Of a DNA stretch of 64,000 nucleotides, positions 49,401 to 57,440 are shown in pieces (position 1 is the first letter of the stretch; each line of letters opens with the position of its first letter). The notes below the pieces were generated by a model, which saw nothing but the letters and a program-made list of their open reading frames with translations, ran no database searches and was not told the origin of the DNA. The stretch lies in the IMG/VR virus record IMGVR_UViG_3300028008_000005, positions 50,690-114,689 of that record. One strand, written 5' to 3'. This stretch comes from a virus. Made by a program: the position numbers and the translations under genes.

Positions 49401-49801
49401 CAGCAACGCTAAATGCTAACGCCTTTAACCTAGCTGGTTTGACTAGCTTACGACTCGGTTCGATCGGTGCACAACTTGGTGAATCGATTAACGAATTCTC
49501 ATCTGATGGTACATTGGCTGGTAATTCAAATATTGCAGTACCAACAGAAGCAGCTGTTAAAACTTATGTAGATAATAAGAGTCTTAGCAGTACCTTTAGT
49601 AGTTTGAATTCTACATTTAATGCAGCTAATCAATTAACTGGAGCTATAAATCAGGGAATAACTTACTCAGAAATAGCTTATAATTCAGATGGATATATAT
49701 CATCATATAAAGAAACAGTTGACGGCCTAACTATAAAGCTTATAACTGTTACATATGACTCTGATAATCTAATTACTGCAGTAACAACAGCAGTCGTATA
49801 A
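43460..49801 (+). CDS. Giant multi-domain tail fibre / adhesin (2113 aa)
   Basis: IDLGKLRF start; about 9 W...T.Y...D.V.YGG..Y repeats; DP....HAATK.YVD; GSGYT.A...ITGDG.GA repeats; PFASIKYA..beta-helix-like domain; AVPTE.AVK.YVD. Confidence 0.8.
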   Translation: MTQLIDLGKLRFHFAGDWASGTTYESNDIVKYGGNVYVYTYALKSAGVLPTDDTRWALMVEGFRFQGEFDVTVDYKVGDTVAHGGVVYVAIADSVNTTPPNATYWSKFLDGIQYEGIYDPVGVYQKSDVVNYGGSIYIATQDTSGNLPTDATFWNKFVEGVSPQGVYNDATAYVPNDLVAYGANIYRNKIESTGNVPSNVTYWELYIGGIIFTGTFNPVTEYFVNDLVIYGNTIYRSRQTQSAVLPTVTANWELLTGGVNYSGNWDVATQYYIGDIVVYGNNSYRATVTTLGANPTDLVDWVLQAGATSYQGVYSNATTYYIGDLVNYGGNVYLNIAESVGDVPTDTSHWSSYSAGFSYQGVWSSATQYYIAQVVNYGGSLYQADVDNSNTNPTDTASWSKIVPGIKSLGPWATLTEYATDEVVTYGGNTFIVLLPHAAGSDFNVDLAAGKWQKFNSGIRWRGIWSSATQYLKDDVVKAGSSSFIAGEDVIGGNSPASDPVPPEWLGFATGAEGFLSKDGDTMLGFLTLDADPTDALHAATKAYVDRFVNATDGGTVEGPLIFDNTSSGGAGLTLQNGADLTVDGGTVTLENGATLSIDSASTLAEVTVDGDINLNGGNLDTTQTSINIVNANATTVNFAGAGTAVSIGAATGTTTINNNLVVTGTTAFNGGTIELGDGDADNVVFGADVNSAIIPNIDDTYDLGTATKEWKDLFLDGTAKIDTVVVDETLSVTGNTYLTGELDTGIGGTTYTNTSLDPTGFDNSHATTRGVIEFSDNGTRVYSIGTDGVVTEREDSTFATGTAYSTAATANTLVMYPAAGQANFTYYVNGVRYEKTALESVTLAGTPTLYHYFHFADGVLSSSTTRDDASLISNAQVASIYISPSNNRITYLSDERHGISIDGDSLVYANKDGLEVISGFGLTGTAGSENYVSTSAGVLRNADLRIDAPVKTTNKFASRLATDWKISDFGNTLISNKLSILGSVTVDNGGSGYRGATTSAVVQGDGSLATVELGFSAAPIASVTLTDGGYDYAPGTTAAITGDGTGALVSVTIPLGFNLATQASGGLNLPTSGSGYTNPLITVVNDPSDTTGTGAVISHTLDYGTPIADIHMDALGSGYTTATATITGDGAGATATVTITAGAVSDINITDPGSGYTTATVDITGDGTGASATVYTLKNEIVDYLITAVGSGYTTASVTINGDGHGATATATITAGGVADIVITAGGHSYTYATMTITGDGTGATAEPRLSGYPIASISFADDDARGKNYTAIPDVTILEDGFGIVKDGGSPNSPNAPTPADITTALSTGNTIEALTLDSAGTGYTTAVLGLSNIGDGNGASFDSSTEPSSILSVTVTNGGKQYTYADIIITSPTGSGATFTSNLTPVPQFNEKTAGQYDFANIPADKFTTTYFVAINGVDNVIKIPSEYIFDSIVEAYMKATPEIEELKTYGLPFEKYEFIGFSILNHLGEIQTMSDTNQGDVVYYDLTARIATDLVEDQVGDVGVAGRSLTVTNSGTSAQFIGATESDKVYYVAPHGVDALHSGRNQSTPFASIKYACEQAGDNATIFVKTGSYTEELPIVVGSNTAVVGDNQRTVLVHAASGFETGTMWKLSNGAILNKMTFKGMTGWVAGSTPDDITTSTPAGIAVAFNELSPISTKSPYVLECSFIGSGGIGAYVDGTLHGSGNKSMIFHGYTIISDNGVGYWVDNGGLAELVSNFTYFCYFGYTCTNGSEIRSLNGNCSYGTYGASSSGFDAAEVPLTGTLVGQELNAVYISGTVNVGDTITEDITGATATVLNVQYSADKVYVENVSGTFTPGNNCTTSSGAVFTVDLGGAQDVRGFILIVTGLAAEPKPGGSISLTDDSISYVIQSVSGTYVDNTSNMIVVLSQEKPTGSAEGVATTVRYNYSQVRLTGHDFLQIGTGGTVTTNHPNEPTQPPAQGNEIQETFPGRVYYVSTDQNGNFRVGEFFKIDQATGTATLNANAFNLAGLTSLRLGSIGAQLGESINEFSSDGTLAGNSNIAVPTEAAVKTYVDNKSLSSTFSSLNSTFNAANQLTGAINQGITYSEIAYNSDGYISSYKETVDGLTIKLITVTYDSDNLITAVTTAVV

Positions 49802-49819
49802 ATAAATGTTATATAAATA
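49797..49819 (+). promoter_or_regulatory. Tandem late promoters TATAAATA (49797 and 49812)
   Basis: Two exact consensus copies upstream of the Cys-rich genes. Confidence 0.7.
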
Positions 49820-49848
49820 TAACAAACAGAATTAAAAGGGACAATTAA

Positions 49849-51285
49849 ATGGCTGATATACTATTATCTAATTCTTTAGAGAACCTTGCTAAGTCTCATA
49901 TTTCAGCTAATGCTAAAATAGACTACAAGAAGCTCTTAGGATCTAGTCTGAAAGACTTTTTGGATGCTTTGTTTACGAATAATATTTCTTCAGGCCCATG
50001 GCAACCGTTTACTGGCGCTGTTGCAGCCTGTCCTTTATATCTTCTGTCTTGCGGATCGCGATTAAGCTCATGTGAGAATAACTTTTCTGGTTCAGGATCA
50101 CAAGTCGGCGATAAATTCTGCGGTACCGATGATAATCCGTGGCGACTAGAAAACGTATTATTAGGACAACTTACAATTTCCAATGCAGACGTTGTTAACT
50201 CAGTATTAACTTTATCTTCGATATTAAATGAAGTATCTATTAGTGGCTATACCTCTGATATTTCGAAAGACATCCAATTACAACATGCGGTTTTAAGAAG
50301 TGAATATATTTCTGACGGGGGGTCAACAGCTACAGAAATTTTAAGTAATTGGTACGGAGTCGGTGTTGCTCCAGATAATTCTGGGGCAAAGCTTAGCAAC
50401 GATAACACCTTTAAAGTATGTGGAACAAATTGGACATTCGGCGAAGGCGGATCTTGTACTTGGACAGTCCCGAACGGGGCCACTAGAGCCAAGTTTCAAG
50501 TATGGGGAGCAGGAGGTGGAAGCAATCCAGGCTGTTGTTGTGGAGGAAGTCCAGGAGGTCCTACTGGGGCTTATGCTGAAGCCACCATGACAGTATCGCC
50601 AGGCGATACATACACTATTTGCTCCGGTTGTTCATGTAACCAGTATCTTTGTAGCAACTCACAGCCGGGTCCTGGATGTATGTCAGGTGTTACAGGGCCT
50701 GGTATATGTTGTTTATCGGCTCATGGCGGGCACTGTACTTCCGGAAGTCCTAGGCAAAGCATGTATTATCTTCGGCAAACAGGTCAAGTTGTCGGCGGGC
50801 CCGGCGGAGGATGTTGCAGATTTGAAAGCTTTTACTGCACTTCTAGCGGGCCCTGCTGGTGTTCAAACGGGGAATATTGCTATGATAACAGCTGTGCAAC
50901 GTGTGGAGTAGTTGCAATGTATCCTGACTGTTGCAACTTTACAAATGGATGTAGCTGCATAAATCTAGATGCAGCGTATTGTATTACTGGATTGTCAGGA
51001 ATTAATAGAACAGTTAGAGGTTTGCTAGGCGGGGGATGCCTGGATACAAATAACTATGGTTATCATATTCGTCCTCCTGTTATTGATGCAGACACAGGAT
51101 TATGTTTTTGCGGTGGCTGTCGGTGCGCAAGCTTTTCATCAGGCACTTGCTGTGGTGGATGTAACGGTAGGGATTGGCTATTTCATCCTGGTCATGGAGG
51201 AGCTCATACCCACATTATGGGTGGTACTAATGAGCATAAATCTGACGCTGGTAAAGCTGGTATGGTCCAGGTCTCATGGGTTTAA
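49849..51285 (+). CDS. Cys/Gly-rich virion-associated protein, paralogue 1
   Basis: CTWTVP.GATRAKFQVWGAG, GCCCGG, C-terminal G.AGMV.VSW. Confidence 0.75.
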   Translation: MADILLSNSLENLAKSHISANAKIDYKKLLGSSLKDFLDALFTNNISSGPWQPFTGAVAACPLYLLSCGSRLSSCENNFSGSGSQVGDKFCGTDDNPWRLENVLLGQLTISNADVVNSVLTLSSILNEVSISGYTSDISKDIQLQHAVLRSEYISDGGSTATEILSNWYGVGVAPDNSGAKLSNDNTFKVCGTNWTFGEGGSCTWTVPNGATRAKFQVWGAGGGSNPGCCCGGSPGGPTGAYAEATMTVSPGDTYTICSGCSCNQYLCSNSQPGPGCMSGVTGPGICCLSAHGGHCTSGSPRQSMYYLRQTGQVVGGPGGGCCRFESFYCTSSGPCWCSNGEYCYDNSCATCGVVAMYPDCCNFTNGCSCINLDAAYCITGLSGINRTVRGLLGGGCLDTNNYGYHIRPPVIDADTGLCFCGGCRCASFSSGTCCGGCNGRDWLFHPGHGGAHTHIMGGTNEHKSDAGKAGMVQVSWV

Positions 51286-51300
51286 TAAAAGGATAAAAAA

Positions 51301-52698
51301 ATGGCTGATATTATAGTTCAAAATGGTATTAATAAGGTAGCATCTGCCGTAATACAGGTAGGAAGTAATATAGACTATGTTACTTTATTAGGGGAATCAC
51401 TAGCTTCAAGGCTTACTGCAATAATTAACGCAAATACTACAGTCGGTTCTCCATATTACTCAACGATAGCGACTACTAAATTATTATGTGACCTTTCGAG
51501 TGCAGGGTTTATAAGCAAATGCACATGCAGTTATAGTGGATCAGGCTCGACCTATCCAGGACAAACAGGCACACAGGTTTGGACGTCTGGGGAGGTTTTA
51601 AAGGGGGGAGCTTTCGAAAAATCTTTAATCGAAATATCAGGGGCTTTTAAAAACCTTGATACAGAATTAAATAATATAGCCACTATAGAACCTGATAGAG
51701 TAAATCTTGATTTATATACAGAATATTATTCGTTAAAAAGCACTTTTTCTGATACTACTATTTTAGGTAATTGGTACGGAGTCGGAGCAGATGAAGTACA
51801 AGGCGCGGCTTTAAGTTCTACAAATAGAATAAAAGTATGTGGAACAGATTGGGCGAGTGGAGAAGGCGGAACTTGTACTTGGACAGTCCCGGCCGGGGCC
51901 ACTAGAGCCAAGTTTCAAGTATGGGGAGCTGGGGTTGGTACTAATCCAGGCTGTTGTTGTGGAGGAAGTCCCTTTGGAACTACTGGGGCTTATTCAGAAA
52001 TGTTTCTTAACGTAACTCCCGGTGAAACATATACGGCGTGTTCAGGATGCTCATGTAGTATTTATTGCTGCAGCAATACTCTTCCAGGGCCGGCTTGCAA
52101 TAGCGGAGTAACAGGTCCTGGTATATGCTGCCTAATAGCTAAAGGGCAAGGAGCTTGCTCGGCAGCGAGCTGCAATAATATGAATTTTGTTCGTTGCGAA
52201 CAAGGCAGTGGCGGCGCGTGTTATAGATACCAAAGCATATATTGCACAAACAGCAGCGGCTGCTGGTGTTCAAATAACGAATATTGCTATGATAACAGCT
52301 GTGAAACGTGTGGTACTGTATCAGTAATCCCTTCCTGCTGCGGAGATATGACTACGTATTGCAGCTGTAGTACCTTAGATAGTTACTGTGTGACAGATGG
52401 CGACGGCGCAAAAAGAGGTCATAGAGGAATATACGGCGGTGGCTGTTTAGATCAAAACAATTATGGATTCCATAATAGACCGCCTATTATTGATGCAGAC
52501 ACAGGATTAGAATACCCTAAAGACTCTGGTTGTTATCTTATGACATTTACATCAGGCACTTCATGTGGTGGATGTAACGGTAAGGATTGGGCATTTCATC
52601 CTGGTCATGGCGGGGCCGGAAATCATATTATGGGTGGTACTAATGATCATAAAGGTGATACTGGTAAAGCTGGTATGGTTCAGATTTCTTGGATATAA
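51301..52698 (+). CDS. Cys/Gly-rich virion-associated protein, paralogue 2
   Basis: Colinear with paralogue 1 over the C-terminal ~300 aa. Confidence 0.75.
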   Translation: MADIIVQNGINKVASAVIQVGSNIDYVTLLGESLASRLTAIINANTTVGSPYYSTIATTKLLCDLSSAGFISKCTCSYSGSGSTYPGQTGTQVWTSGEVLKGGAFEKSLIEISGAFKNLDTELNNIATIEPDRVNLDLYTEYYSLKSTFSDTTILGNWYGVGADEVQGAALSSTNRIKVCGTDWASGEGGTCTWTVPAGATRAKFQVWGAGVGTNPGCCCGGSPFGTTGAYSEMFLNVTPGETYTACSGCSCSIYCCSNTLPGPACNSGVTGPGICCLIAKGQGACSAASCNNMNFVRCEQGSGGACYRYQSIYCTNSSGCWCSNNEYCYDNSCETCGTVSVIPSCCGDMTTYCSCSTLDSYCVTDGDGAKRGHRGIYGGGCLDQNNYGFHNRPPIIDADTGLEYPKDSGCYLMTFTSGTSCGGCNGKDWAFHPGHGGAGNHIMGGTNDHKGDTGKAGMVQISWI

Positions 52699-52721
52699 AT
52701 TAATTTTAAAGGGTATAAAAA

Positions 52722-53384
52722 ATGACAGATGTTAGTGTAACTTATAGTTATAATATTCCTAATGATCAATTCATTGAGGATTTTTCCAACGGGGAAACCG
52801 GGACTTTTACATACAATGGTCCAGAAGTGCTGTTAGTAACAGTACCTGCAGGCGGATCAGCATATACACAAAAATTAGATGGACCTGTTTATGACACTGA
52901 GCAATTAATTCAGATTAATGTAACAGAAAATCCAGAATTACTTGTTTATGCTGATCTTCTATGGGGTATACCAGAAGATTATGAAGCAGAGTTTGAAAAT
53001 GTTACATTAGATGACGGAACGGTGTATGCTGATCAAACTAACAAAAGAATTAGCGATTATTACTGGATGCCTGTATACAATGAAGAAACTGAAGAGTGGA
53101 AGCCTTTACAGTTGCTAGTAAAAGATACGTTAAGCGCTAAAATGAGAACTGAAATTGCTAAAGGCGAACAGTTTATCGAAATTTTAGAAAGATTCTCGCT
53201 TGAAGAAGAAGACGAAGCAAAATTCAGGACGTACAAAGAAGGATTAGCAAGCTATAGAAACGTATGTGCGATGCCATGGAAATATCCTGGTACAAATCCG
53301 TTCGACCTTTTATGTCCTAAAATCCCTATGTCACTTGTAAATGCAAAAAACACTATTAAACAAGCTGGATTAGAAGACTCTTAA
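52722..53384 (+). CDS. Acidic hypothetical protein (possible partner or chaperone of the Cys-rich proteins)
   Basis: 220-aa ORF in the same operon; function inferred from position only. Confidence 0.6.
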   Translation: MTDVSVTYSYNIPNDQFIEDFSNGETGTFTYNGPEVLLVTVPAGGSAYTQKLDGPVYDTEQLIQINVTENPELLVYADLLWGIPEDYEAEFENVTLDDGTVYADQTNKRISDYYWMPVYNEETEEWKPLQLLVKDTLSAKMRTEIAKGEQFIEILERFSLEEEDEAKFRTYKEGLASYRNVCAMPWKYPGTNPFDLLCPKIPMSLVNAKNTIKQAGLEDS

Positions 53385-53389
53385 TATTG

Positions 53390-53418
53390 TTTACTTTTTT
53401 AGCTTTTTGTGGTATAAT
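53390..53418 (+). promoter_or_regulatory. Early sigma70-like promoter
   Basis: (G)TTTACT-N17-TATAAT with TG; its -35 flank matches the 9540 promoter. Confidence 0.75.
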
Positions 53419-53466
53419 ATATACTACAGACATATAAATTAATATAATTATTGAATAGGTTATTTC

Positions 53467-54501
53467 ATGAAAAAAGCGTTTTTTATAAACGGTGGCGTGG
53501 GAAGGGTTCTCTGCTCCATTCCCGCCTTAGAATGGCATAAGGAAAATATAGACCCGAGCGTTGTAATTGTAGCAGAAGCTTGGCTGGAAATTTTCTTTAC
53601 TAGTCCTATATTAAGAGATAACGTATATCCTATAGGCCACAAGGGGCTATTTGAGGATAACCTTATTGATCGCGAAATCATATCCCCTGAACCGTATCGA
53701 CTTAATCCATACTTTAATCAAAAGTGTGACTTAACCCAAGCCTTTGACATATTAATTAATGACTTGCAAGAAATTCCAAAAAGCAAGCCAATTAACCTAG
53801 AGGTTTCTCGTTTAGATCAAGCTTATGGTTACAATTTTATTAATCAGGTTAAATCACAAACTGGTAAAGAAAAGGTAGTTATTTTTCAGCCTTTAGGGTC
53901 TGGAGCTAACATAAACGGAGACTTCTTACTAGATCAGTCAGGAAGAAGCTTTGAGCTTAACGACATAGTAAAAATAACTAAAGAGCTAGTAAAAGACTAT
54001 GCTGTTGTATTAATGACTAATATTGATATTCCTGTACAAGAAAATATAGGCGCCATAATTCCTAATGGGGCTAATCTTCTTGAATGGATGGGCATTATTA
54101 ATGCAGCAGACTATTTCCTAGGATGTGACAGTATGGGTCAGCATTATGCTAATGCCTTAAATAAGCCAGCTACTGTGGTAATCGGTTCTACCTTCCCTGA
54201 AAATATATCATATCCAGATAATAAGAATTTTACTCTTATAGATAATGGAAAAGATATTCGAAAGTATATTCCTATGAGAATTACCCAAGATTTTACTGGG
54301 GAAAGAAACAACGAAGACGCTATGGTATTGGACAATAAACAGGTAGAAAAAATTATTAAGAGTGTTACTGATAAACTTGGTAAAAGCAAGAAAAACAAAG
54401 TGCCTAAAATAACCCCTGCAGCGGCGTCTCACGTCCATGGACCCGATTGTTCCCACGGTAAAGCTGGGCAACCCATTTCTCCACCCTTTGCTAAGAAATA
54501 A
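53467..54501 (+). CDS. Glycosyltransferase, GT9/heptosyltransferase-like
   Basis: GG.GR.LC..PA at the N-terminus; I..ADYFLGCDS..QH.A.AL.KP..V..G. Confidence 0.7.
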   Translation: MKKAFFINGGVGRVLCSIPALEWHKENIDPSVVIVAEAWLEIFFTSPILRDNVYPIGHKGLFEDNLIDREIISPEPYRLNPYFNQKCDLTQAFDILINDLQEIPKSKPINLEVSRLDQAYGYNFINQVKSQTGKEKVVIFQPLGSGANINGDFLLDQSGRSFELNDIVKITKELVKDYAVVLMTNIDIPVQENIGAIIPNGANLLEWMGIINAADYFLGCDSMGQHYANALNKPATVVIGSTFPENISYPDNKNFTLIDNGKDIRKYIPMRITQDFTGERNNEDAMVLDNKQVEKIIKSVTDKLGKSKKNKVPKITPAAASHVHGPDCSHGKAGQPISPPFAKK

Positions 54502-54525
54502 ATTATTAATTGATGAGGTTTTATA

Positions 54526-56319
54526 ATGTCTAACCAAACAGGATACATCCTAGGTATTTCCCGTGGGCACAATGCTGGCGCTTGCTTGTTAAAAGATGGC
54601 AAGATTGTTTTTGCTTTAGAAGAAGAAAGACTTTCTAGACAAAAATATGACGGAGGACCGTACGCGTGCATGATGAAAGTTAAGGAATACACTGATAAAC
54701 TAGATTATATCTTTATCTCTCATACTCAATCATTAAAAGATACAGGAGCAACCGTTGAATTTATTGGTGACGATGTTTATACTGGACTAGCACGTAAAAT
54801 GGGATTGATCGAAAGAAAAAACGTCAATCTCAGGGAACATCCTCAAGTTATTGATTTAAGCCATCAGCATCATAAAATACATGCCGCTTGTTCTTTTTAC
54901 AGATCTGGATTTGATTCCGCTGTATCTCTTATTGTGGATGGAGCTGGATCCGTAGAGTTTGTTGGCCAAGGAGGAGCAGCGCTTTGGGAAGTAGAAACAA
55001 TTATCGATTGTGACTTCCCTGCTAAATTTAATACTTTATACAAGCATCAAGGCACTGTGGAAAGAATGTCTTCGGGCATAGATCCTAAAAGGAGTGCTAA
55101 GCATCTTGGAGAAGATGGTACTTTCTTTAGTGTTATTTCTGATACAGCTGGTATTGTTAAAGTTTATGAAGCAGTGACAGAATATTGTGGGTTCTCTGGG
55201 ATTGAAGCTGGTAAAACCATGGGGCTTTTCCCATACGGAAACCCCAATAAGGCTATACCAGAGCTATTTAGAAAGGATACTGAAATTCCTTTATCTGATA
55301 GAAATGTTACTGTTCCTACGTATCCTGGCTCAGCTATTATAAATTCTAACGTTTTTGAGTCTTTAAACGATTCCGGTAAAGATTTAACGCTTCTACAATC
55401 TCGTCGAGATCTAGCATACGCTTTACAAACCCAAACTCAAGATCAAGTTCTAAATCTTATTCTTAAAGCTGCAGAAATGTCCGGTAAAAATAAAGTAATT
55501 TTATCAGGTGGTTATGGCTTGAATTGTGTAGCAAATTATCACTACCTAGATAAGCTAAACGAGGAAGGAATTGAGCTATATGTTGAACCAATTTCAAATG
55601 ACGGTGGTACGGCGATCGGGGTTGCTCTTTGGGGTTACTATGAGGTATCCCAGTCTACAGAAAAACTAAATGGTCGTGAGATTTATCTTGGTCCAGAGTA
55701 TAACTATAAGCAAAGTGAGATTGAAGCTTTAGCAGCTCGATATAATGCTATTGTAGAAGATGCTGATGACGATAAAGTTATTGAGACTATGCGCAATAAG
55801 AATATTGTTGCACTGTTCCAGGGTCGATCAGAGAATGGTCCACGTGCTTTAGGTAATCGTTCACTGATGTTTGATCCTACCTTTAAGGATGGAAAAGACT
55901 TTGTTAACGAGATTAAGCATCGCGAGTACTTCCGGCCATTTGCTGGGTCGATCCTTGTTGAAGACGTGCACGAATGGTTTGATCTCCGTGGAATGGAAGA
56001 TTCGCCCCACATGATGTATGCTGTATCATGTAAAGATGGGGTTGAGGAAAAGATTCCATCTATTATTCACGTTGATGGATCATGCCGTATACAGACTGTA
56101 TCAAAGGAAGACAACCCGATCTACCATCGTATTATTTCTAAGTTCAAAGAAGAGACTGGTGTACCTATTATCTTTAATACGTCATTTAACCTTGGAGGTG
56201 AACCGCTGGTTGAGACCCTTGAAGATTGTCTATGGACACTACAGCAAAGTGATATTCAATATCTCTACTTGCCAGAATACGGTAAAATGCTAACCGTCCC
56301 TAACATAAAAGTAATCTAA
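54526..56319 (+). CDS. O-carbamoyltransferase (NodU/CmcH/TobZ family)
   Basis: GH.A...EEERLSR.K, HH..HA, VDG.G, GKTMGL, SGG..LNCVAN, E.GPRALGNRS, KHRE.FRPFA, HVDGSCRIQTV, NTSFN..GEPLV. Confidence 0.95.
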   Translation: MSNQTGYILGISRGHNAGACLLKDGKIVFALEEERLSRQKYDGGPYACMMKVKEYTDKLDYIFISHTQSLKDTGATVEFIGDDVYTGLARKMGLIERKNVNLREHPQVIDLSHQHHKIHAACSFYRSGFDSAVSLIVDGAGSVEFVGQGGAALWEVETIIDCDFPAKFNTLYKHQGTVERMSSGIDPKRSAKHLGEDGTFFSVISDTAGIVKVYEAVTEYCGFSGIEAGKTMGLFPYGNPNKAIPELFRKDTEIPLSDRNVTVPTYPGSAIINSNVFESLNDSGKDLTLLQSRRDLAYALQTQTQDQVLNLILKAAEMSGKNKVILSGGYGLNCVANYHYLDKLNEEGIELYVEPISNDGGTAIGVALWGYYEVSQSTEKLNGREIYLGPEYNYKQSEIEALAARYNAIVEDADDDKVIETMRNKNIVALFQGRSENGPRALGNRSLMFDPTFKDGKDFVNEIKHREYFRPFAGSILVEDVHEWFDLRGMEDSPHMMYAVSCKDGVEEKIPSIIHVDGSCRIQTVSKEDNPIYHRIISKFKEETGVPIIFNTSFNLGGEPLVETLEDCLWTLQQSDIQYLYLPEYGKMLTVPNIKVI

Positions 56320-56904
56320 ATGCGGGATATAATAACCCACGTAAAGAATGTGCTAACCCCTGAGGAGTGCCAAGCTATTATTGACGACCAACTCCCTCGG
56401 GTTCAGCAGGGTATGGTTGGTGGTGGTAAAATGGTTGCCCTGAAGGTAAGAAAAAGCCAGGTATCTTTTATAAGGGGGAAAGACCATCCATTAAGACCTT
56501 TAGTAAAGCGTCTACATAATATTATAACAGATATTGCTTGGAAAGTACATCAGACTGAAATAACATTCTTTGAAGATGCTCAGTTTACAGCATATAAGCC
56601 TATCGGATTTTATAAAGCACATGTGGATGTACAAAGGGTAGCACCGATGAGAACTATATCAGCTACTATTGAGCTAAGCGATCCTAAGAATTATATAGGT
56701 GGTGGTATTACTATACATAATCATCCTAAGTCTAAAGTTCAGCCAAAAGAGCGTGGAGGCCTAATAACATTTCCATCCCTGTCACTACATGAAGCAAACA
56801 CGGTTTGGTGGGGTAATAGATACTCATTAGTAATATGGGGATTAGAAAGACATCCCTCTGAAACAGATCCTAATCTACCTAAATGGAAAAAGCAACCGTC
56901 ATGA
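56320..56904 (+). CDS. 2OG-Fe(II) oxygenase (prolyl 4-hydroxylase-like)
   Basis: FY..HVD, R.IS....LS....Y.GG, FPS...H....V..G.RYSLV.W. Confidence 0.9.
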   Translation: MRDIITHVKNVLTPEECQAIIDDQLPRVQQGMVGGGKMVALKVRKSQVSFIRGKDHPLRPLVKRLHNIITDIAWKVHQTEITFFEDAQFTAYKPIGFYKAHVDVQRVAPMRTISATIELSDPKNYIGGGITIHNHPKSKVQPKERGGLITFPSLSLHEANTVWWGNRYSLVIWGLERHPSETDPNLPKWKKQPS

Positions 56905-57440
56905 CACTAAAAGAGCAAACTCAGGATCTACACGAAATAGCAGAAAAGAATACCTTTGCTCAGATGCTACTTGGCGGAAAACTTAATGAGCAGCAGTATG
57001 GTACATATCTTGCTAATCTTTGGTTAATCTATAGTGTCTTAGAAAAGATTGCTGAAGAGAATGGTGCACTCAAAGGTATCGAAGACATCAAAAGATCACA
57101 TGAGATTCGTGCTGATTTGCTTGAGCTTAATGTTAAGGATCAAGTGATTGTCCCTGCAACATACATGTACATAACCCATCTTGATAATGAGTTTGCTAAT
57201 AATAAGAGGCCAGGTATACTGGCCCACATTTATGTACGTCACTTTGGTGACTTGTATGGTGGACAAATAGTTAAGAAGATGGTTCCAGGATCTGGTATGA
57301 TGTACGAGTTTCCTGACCGTGCAGGACTAATTGAAAAGACCCGATCTATGCTAACTGAGGACCTAGGTCCAGAAGCAAGAATGGGATTCGAATTTGCTAT
57401 AGCGCTATTTGAGGATCTGGTTAATGAGCTTAATCTTTGA
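56901..57440 (+). CDS. hemO: Haem oxygenase
   Basis: LKE.T...H..AE (proximal His), AH.YVRH.GDL.GGQ, EA..GF. Start re-called at MTLKEQ. Confidence 0.92.
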   Translation: MTLKEQTQDLHEIAEKNTFAQMLLGGKLNEQQYGTYLANLWLIYSVLEKIAEENGALKGIEDIKRSHEIRADLLELNVKDQVIVPATYMYITHLDNEFANNKRPGILAHIYVRHFGDLYGGQIVKKMVPGSGMMYEFPDRAGLIEKTRSMLTEDLGPEARMGFEFAIALFEDLVNELNL

